The position numbers were made by a program, and so were the translations under genes. A stretch of 64,000 nucleotides of DNA. Origin: an uncultured Acidobacteriota bacterium (GTDB lineage: Bacteria; Acidobacteriota; UBA6911). Below the pieces are notes generated by a model that was not told where the DNA came from, did no database searches, and saw nothing but the letters and a program-made list of their open reading frames with translations. The stretch is from positions 64,001-128,000 of the forward strand of contig CAWJKZ010000026.1 of NCBI GenBank assembly GCA_963843575.1. The letters are read 5' to 3'. Of this stretch, positions 60,601 through 64,000 are shown one piece after another. Each line of letters starts with the position of its first letter. Within the stretch, counting starts at the first letter, position 1.

Positions 60601-63600
60601 GGCGGCGCGCTTCGAGCTGACCTTCAGCAATCCCCGGCTCGAAGCGACCGAGGAGCTGCCGGCAGGCGTAGGGGGATCCCTCGACCTGCAGGTGCGCGGG
60701 GAACTCGGGCGTCCGGACCTGGAGTCACTCCGCGCCGTCGCGACAAGCAACAGGCTTCAGCTGACCGCCGGAGAGCTGGTCTTCGAACAACCACGCCCTG
60801 CCACGATCACGGTCCGGGACGGAACCGTGCGGGTTGACAACTTCGCACTCCAGGGTCCGGGTAGCCGCGTCGCGGTGAGCGGCACCGCGGGCCTGCTCGG
60901 CGAGCATCCGCTCGACCTGCGTGTCGATGGGGACGTGGATGCAGGGATCTTTTCGGTCTTCTCCAGCGATCTGCGGCTCACCGGCACTACCCGCCTCGAG
61001 GTGGCCGTGAAAGGCACCACGAGTGCCCCCGCGGTGTCAGGATTCGCGCAGCTTCAGGACGGAGAAGCCAGCGTCCGGTCTCTCCGGCTCGGTGCGGACG
61101 ATCTGAACGTCAAGCTGGGCTTCGCCGGGAACCGCATGACGGTCCAGACTCTCGCGGGTACCCTGAACGGCGGGACCCTGAGCGGCACTGGGACTCTCGA
61201 CTACAAGGGGACCACTCTTACCGGCTTGAACCTTGGCGCCCGGCTCGACGGCGTGTACGTCGGTTACCCCGAAGGGTTGCGCGCCATTGTCAACGGTAAC
61301 CTGAACATCAAGAGCACGGAAAGCCCCATCGTGGTCGGCGGGACGATCCTGGTGCAGGAGGGGTCGTATACCGAGCCCTCCCAGGCGGGGGGACTGTTCG
61401 GCGCCCTCAGTTCGAAGCAGGTCCTGGATGTCAGCCAGAAGCGAGACCCAGTCCTGTCGCGGATTCGCTACAACGTCGCGGTGCGTACGGTCGACCCCGT
61501 CTCGGTCTCCACCGGCATGGCAAAGCTTGCGGCCAGCGGCAATCTCCGGCTGGTCGGGACCTACTACAACCCTTCCATCGTGGGTCGGGCGACTTTCGAC
61601 GAAGGGGGCGAACTCCGGCTGAACGAGAGACAATACGTGCTCGATCAGGGGTCGATCAGCTTCGTCAACGAAAACCGCATTGAGCCGGTGCTTGATATCG
61701 AGGGCCGGACCGAGGTGGCCGGCTACGATATCAACCTCGCATTGACCGGAACGCCGGAGAACCCGAAAACCGCCTTGACCTCCGACCCACCCTTGCCGGA
61801 ACCGGACATCCTCTCACTCCTCCTCACCGGCCGGACCCAGGAGGAGTTTCGCGGCGAGGAGCTGGAGTTTGCCAAGGAACAGGCACTTTCGCTTGTGGCG
61901 GGGGAGGCGGGCGCCCGGATATCCCAGGGTGCGCAACGAGTCCTGGGGCTCAGTACGGTGCGGATCGAGCCCAACCTCATCTCGCCCGAATCGGATCCCG
62001 GCGCCAGGTTGACGGTAGGACAGAATCTCACCAACGATCTGCGGCTCATATATTCCATGAACCTAGTCAACAGCAACGACCAGATCTGGATCGGGGAGTA
62101 CGACGTGACGCGCCGCTTCGTCACCCGCGCGCTCAAACAGCAGGACAACAGCTACAGGTTCGAATTCCAGCACGATCTGCGCTTCGGCGGATCCGCCTCC
62201 ACCGGAAGGGTGCGACGATTCGACCGCACCAAGCGCGAAGTCGGCACCGTGTCGTTCAAGGGGGGAACGGCCCTGGGCGAGAAACGGCTGCAATCCAGGC
62301 TGAACTTCAAGAGCGGGGACCGTTATGACTTCACCAAAGTTCAGAAAGCGAGGGAAGATCTGAGGGGCTACTTCGCCTCGGAGGGGCGGCTCGAGTCAAA
62401 AGTCTCGGTCAGCAGGAGCGGGGAAGACGGCAAGGTCGACCTGGCCTTTGCCGTGACGCCGGGACCGCGGGTCCGCTTCTTCTTCGACGGGGATCCCGCA
62501 CCGCGCGGTGCGGCCGAGAAGGTCGCCAGCGTCTGGAGCGACGGTGTTTTCGATCTGCAGCGTGTTCAGGATGCGGTGCAAGCCATACGCCGCTCCCTGA
62601 TCGCCGAAGGGTATCTGCAGTCCGACGTCCGTTACCGCATAGAGCAGGAGGGAGAGGCGAAGGATGTCCACTTCACCATCCGACGGGGTGCGACGTTTCA
62701 CGACGTCCAACTCGTCTTCAGCGGGAACTCGGACGTCGAGTCGGCGGAACTGCGGCACCAGATCGTCGCGGCGAAGCTGGAGAACGCGGTCTACAACGAT
62801 CCGTCCCAAGTTGTCGACCTGCTGGCGAACTATTACCGAACCCAGGGCTACACTCACGCCAAGGTGGAGTCGCCGAAACTGGACTTGAACCCGTCGACGG
62901 GCTCCGGACGTGTCGAGATCCCGATCAAGGAGGGTCCCCGGTTCAGGATAGGGCAGGTCGTTTTCCAGGGAAACACCCTCTCCGACGATACCCTCAGGCG
63001 AGCCTCGGCTCTCGGCACCGGGACCATTTTCGCCGCGAGGGAGGTTGACGGTGCCCTGGAACGGATCGACCGCTTCTATCACAGCCGCGGGTATAACGAT
63101 GCGACCTTCGACTACGAAACCCTGCTCGACGACAGCACCGGTCTTGCCGAAGTGCGGTTCCGGATCGAGGAGCGACGACGGACCGTGATCCAGAGCATCG
63201 TGGTGCAAGGTAATGAACGGACCCCGACCTCGTTCGTGCGCAAACAGTTGAGCATCTCGGAAGGGGAAATTCTCGATCCCGAGGCGATCGCTCGTTCCCG
63301 CCGGGCGCTCTACGATACCGGGGTGTTCACTCTGGTCGATTTCGACACGCAACCAGCCGATGCCGTTTCACCGGCGGGAAACACGAAACGGGTGGACATC
63401 ACGGTCAAGCTGCGCGAGGTCAAACCGTACCGTTTCCGTTATGGGGGATTCTACGATACCGACCGCGGCGCTGGTTTCACGGGGGACATCTCCAACCGCA
63501 ATTTTCTCGGGCGCGCCGCCGTCGTCGGGCTGCACACGCGCTACGACGGAACGATGAAGGAGGCCCGCACCTATTTCGGGCAGCCGTTCACATTCGGCAT

Positions 63601-64000
63601 TCCGCTACAGACCAATGTCACGGCGTTCGTCCAGCGGGAGTCGCGCCCGGCCTACACCCTCGACAGGGTCGGCGCTTCCCTGGTCCAGGAAAAACAACTG
63701 CACGACCGCTATATCCTGAACTATGGCTACCGGTATGAACGGGTCAAGGCTCCGCAGGGCTTACCCGACCCCCTGCTCCGATTCACGAGCATGGTGCCGC
63801 TGGCACGCCTGACTGCGAGCATCACGGGGGATACGCGCGATGACATGCTCGACGCCACCCGCGGCTCGTTTCACTCGCAGGCCCTCGAGTACGCACCGGG
63901 GCTGCTCGGCGGGGATGCCCGCTTCGTGAAGTACTTCGGCCAGTATTTCCGCTACGTGCCCTTGAGCCGTCCTCAGAGGTTGTCCTCAGGCCGCGTCGTG
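57656..64000 (+). CDS. TamB (AsmA-like/DUF490)-POTRA-Omp85 fusion protein of at least 2115 aa; runs off the window end
   Basis: One open frame, not listed in the ORF track because it has no stop. Signal-anchor 'MKSPTRKTALLITAAVALLVALTVALL'; DUF490 'LTSDPPLPEPDILSLLLTG' (~61770-61830) and 'RLIYSMNL...FEFQHDLRFGG' (~62040-62190); about 5 POTRA (62240-63420); barrel 'YGGFYDTD...NRNFLGRA' and 'DTRDDMLDATRG'. Confidence 0.88.
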   Translation, partial: MKSPTRKTALLITAAVALLVALTVALLRTPLVVRLAMERAQAYLHDNYGIDLSAGHADIDVARGTLWMRDVLAKSAAYPDLPAILRVDDASVNFSVFDLLRGRIHVQSARLTGLALNVVVAPDGRNNLPSIEQRAPFRGLPPFVVDSLTVERASLSVDDRQKDRALELPEWSLRIMGTSQPLAHELRMRLLRAGIVRAEARTVSIEQFDAVAAVSRTDVQTSTIAVRIGGSSLQMRGAVRDLGDPVLDLSFDSVLDLPALSRLAQTPEQVGGTLRVSGRVAGKPSALVVSGHARGDGISTAGYDRVRLETDYRFRSGDPRLEIENLDIFSPYGRVQARGAAALTPELRSSIEGRIEDWDLAPLGRFLDKSVRVASRATARFAVSWSGMEVASVSGFGRLQLVPNRQAAARGLLPLGGAVVVRARPGQIDATLEALSLLGARISGSATLRDGSRISGEITGDVAAVDRFQDQLQSLLGRPGALLPIQLAGRAAVSARLAGTMSAPSAEGTIESSDLAFGRLRNLALTAHAYLDPARLLIRDAVANMGGQVLRIAGTVGFGGRDPVLDLEAALERGSIVALLAAADLDVPMNGTIEARARVAGPLGQLQGDAHVSATGLVVGGETLGTFGLDAILGAGTLRTTRAVLQKTAGDEAAGYMTADASYDVESGIFAFNAAAREFWLPQRLPVGGSISGTAAGQGTVQDPVIDLKLEIPDMSVRGESVGNASLTAALRGDDGEVRAELPRLNLSANGKVQARSPFPAELHVEARDLDLSLLRLPVADGQVLAGRIDAAATGTANLKEWKAGEVSVVVRKANLVARSRELRNDGPVQARYQRGTLEIDEARLVTESSSLVVAGTIALDREAPRSKLTLKGALEIGDLQPFFESPPGFFASGLLKFDMALEGTPAEIGASGGFSMSDGFLHVPQIRLPLTDIAIDGSLGDGAVQVRSAESLWGAGRITYAGEIPLGLLPRMPFRFERKQGAARFELTFSNPRLEATEELPAGVGGSLDLQVRGELGRPDLESLRAVATSNRLQLTAGELVFEQPRPATITVRDGTVRVDNFALQGPGSRVAVSGTAGLLGEHPLDLRVDGDVDAGIFSVFSSDLRLTGTTRLEVAVKGTTSAPAVSGFAQLQDGEASVRSLRLGADDLNVKLGFAGNRMTVQTLAGTLNGGTLSGTGTLDYKGTTLTGLNLGARLDGVYVGYPEGLRAIVNGNLNIKSTESPIVVGGTILVQEGSYTEPSQAGGLFGALSSKQVLDVSQKRDPVLSRIRYNVAVRTVDPVSVSTGMAKLAASGNLRLVGTYYNPSIVGRATFDEGGELRLNERQYVLDQGSISFVNENRIEPVLDIEGRTEVAGYDINLALTGTPENPKTALTSDPPLPEPDILSLLLTGRTQEEFRGEELEFAKEQALSLVAGEAGARISQGAQRVLGLSTVRIEPNLISPESDPGARLTVGQNLTNDLRLIYSMNLVNSNDQIWIGEYDVTRRFVTRALKQQDNSYRFEFQHDLRFGGSASTGRVRRFDRTKREVGTVSFKGGTALGEKRLQSRLNFKSGDRYDFTKVQKAREDLRGYFASEGRLESKVSVSRSGEDGKVDLAFAVTPGPRVRFFFDGDPAPRGAAEKVASVWSDGVFDLQRVQDAVQAIRRSLIAEGYLQSDVRYRIEQEGEAKDVHFTIRRGATFHDVQLVFSGNSDVESAELRHQIVAAKLENAVYNDPSQVVDLLANYYRTQGYTHAKVESPKLDLNPSTGSGRVEIPIKEGPRFRIGQVVFQGNTLSDDTLRRASALGTGTIFAAREVDGALERIDRFYHSRGYNDATFDYETLLDDSTGLAEVRFRIEERRRTVIQSIVVQGNERTPTSFVRKQLSISEGEILDPEAIARSRRALYDTGVFTLVDFDTQPADAVSPAGNTKRVDITVKLREVKPYRFRYGGFYDTDRGAGFTGDISNRNFLGRAAVVGLHTRYDGTMKEARTYFGQPFTFGIPLQTNVTAFVQRESRPAYTLDRVGASLVQEKQLHDRYILNYGYRYERVKAPQGLPDPLLRFTSMVPLARLTASITGDTRDDMLDATRGSFHSQALEYAPGLLGGDARFVKYFGQYFRYVPLSRPQRLSSGRVV

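Overview
High-GC bacterial chromosomal window. The gene repertoire suggests Acidobacteriota (inference). It carries about 50 genes and no rRNA, tRNA, CRISPR array or intact transposase that I could see. About 13 otherwise conserved genes are split by small indels, most likely uncorrected long-read errors. Contents in order: NTT-type nucleotide transporter; two GT-C-like membrane proteins; an archaeal-type topoisomerase VI operon (top6B-top6A); a large multidomain secreted metalloprotease; two ECF sigma/anti-sigma modules, one with a Yip1 + degenerate signal-peptidase fusion; a hexuronate cluster (uxaE, uxuB-like SDR, LarA-family epimerase, uxaA); corA; ribose uptake and kinase; glycine cleavage genes; an Omp85 paralogue; heme O/A synthesis with an ABC transporter and a cupredoxin-like lipoprotein; a STAND-like ATPase-HTH-TPR protein; a TonB-C protein; and hemerythrin. 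The most striking item is missing from the ORF track because it has no stop in the window: one open frame of at least 2100 codons (57656 to past 64000) that fuses an inner-membrane-anchored TamB/DUF490 protein to about five POTRA domains and an Omp85 beta-barrel.
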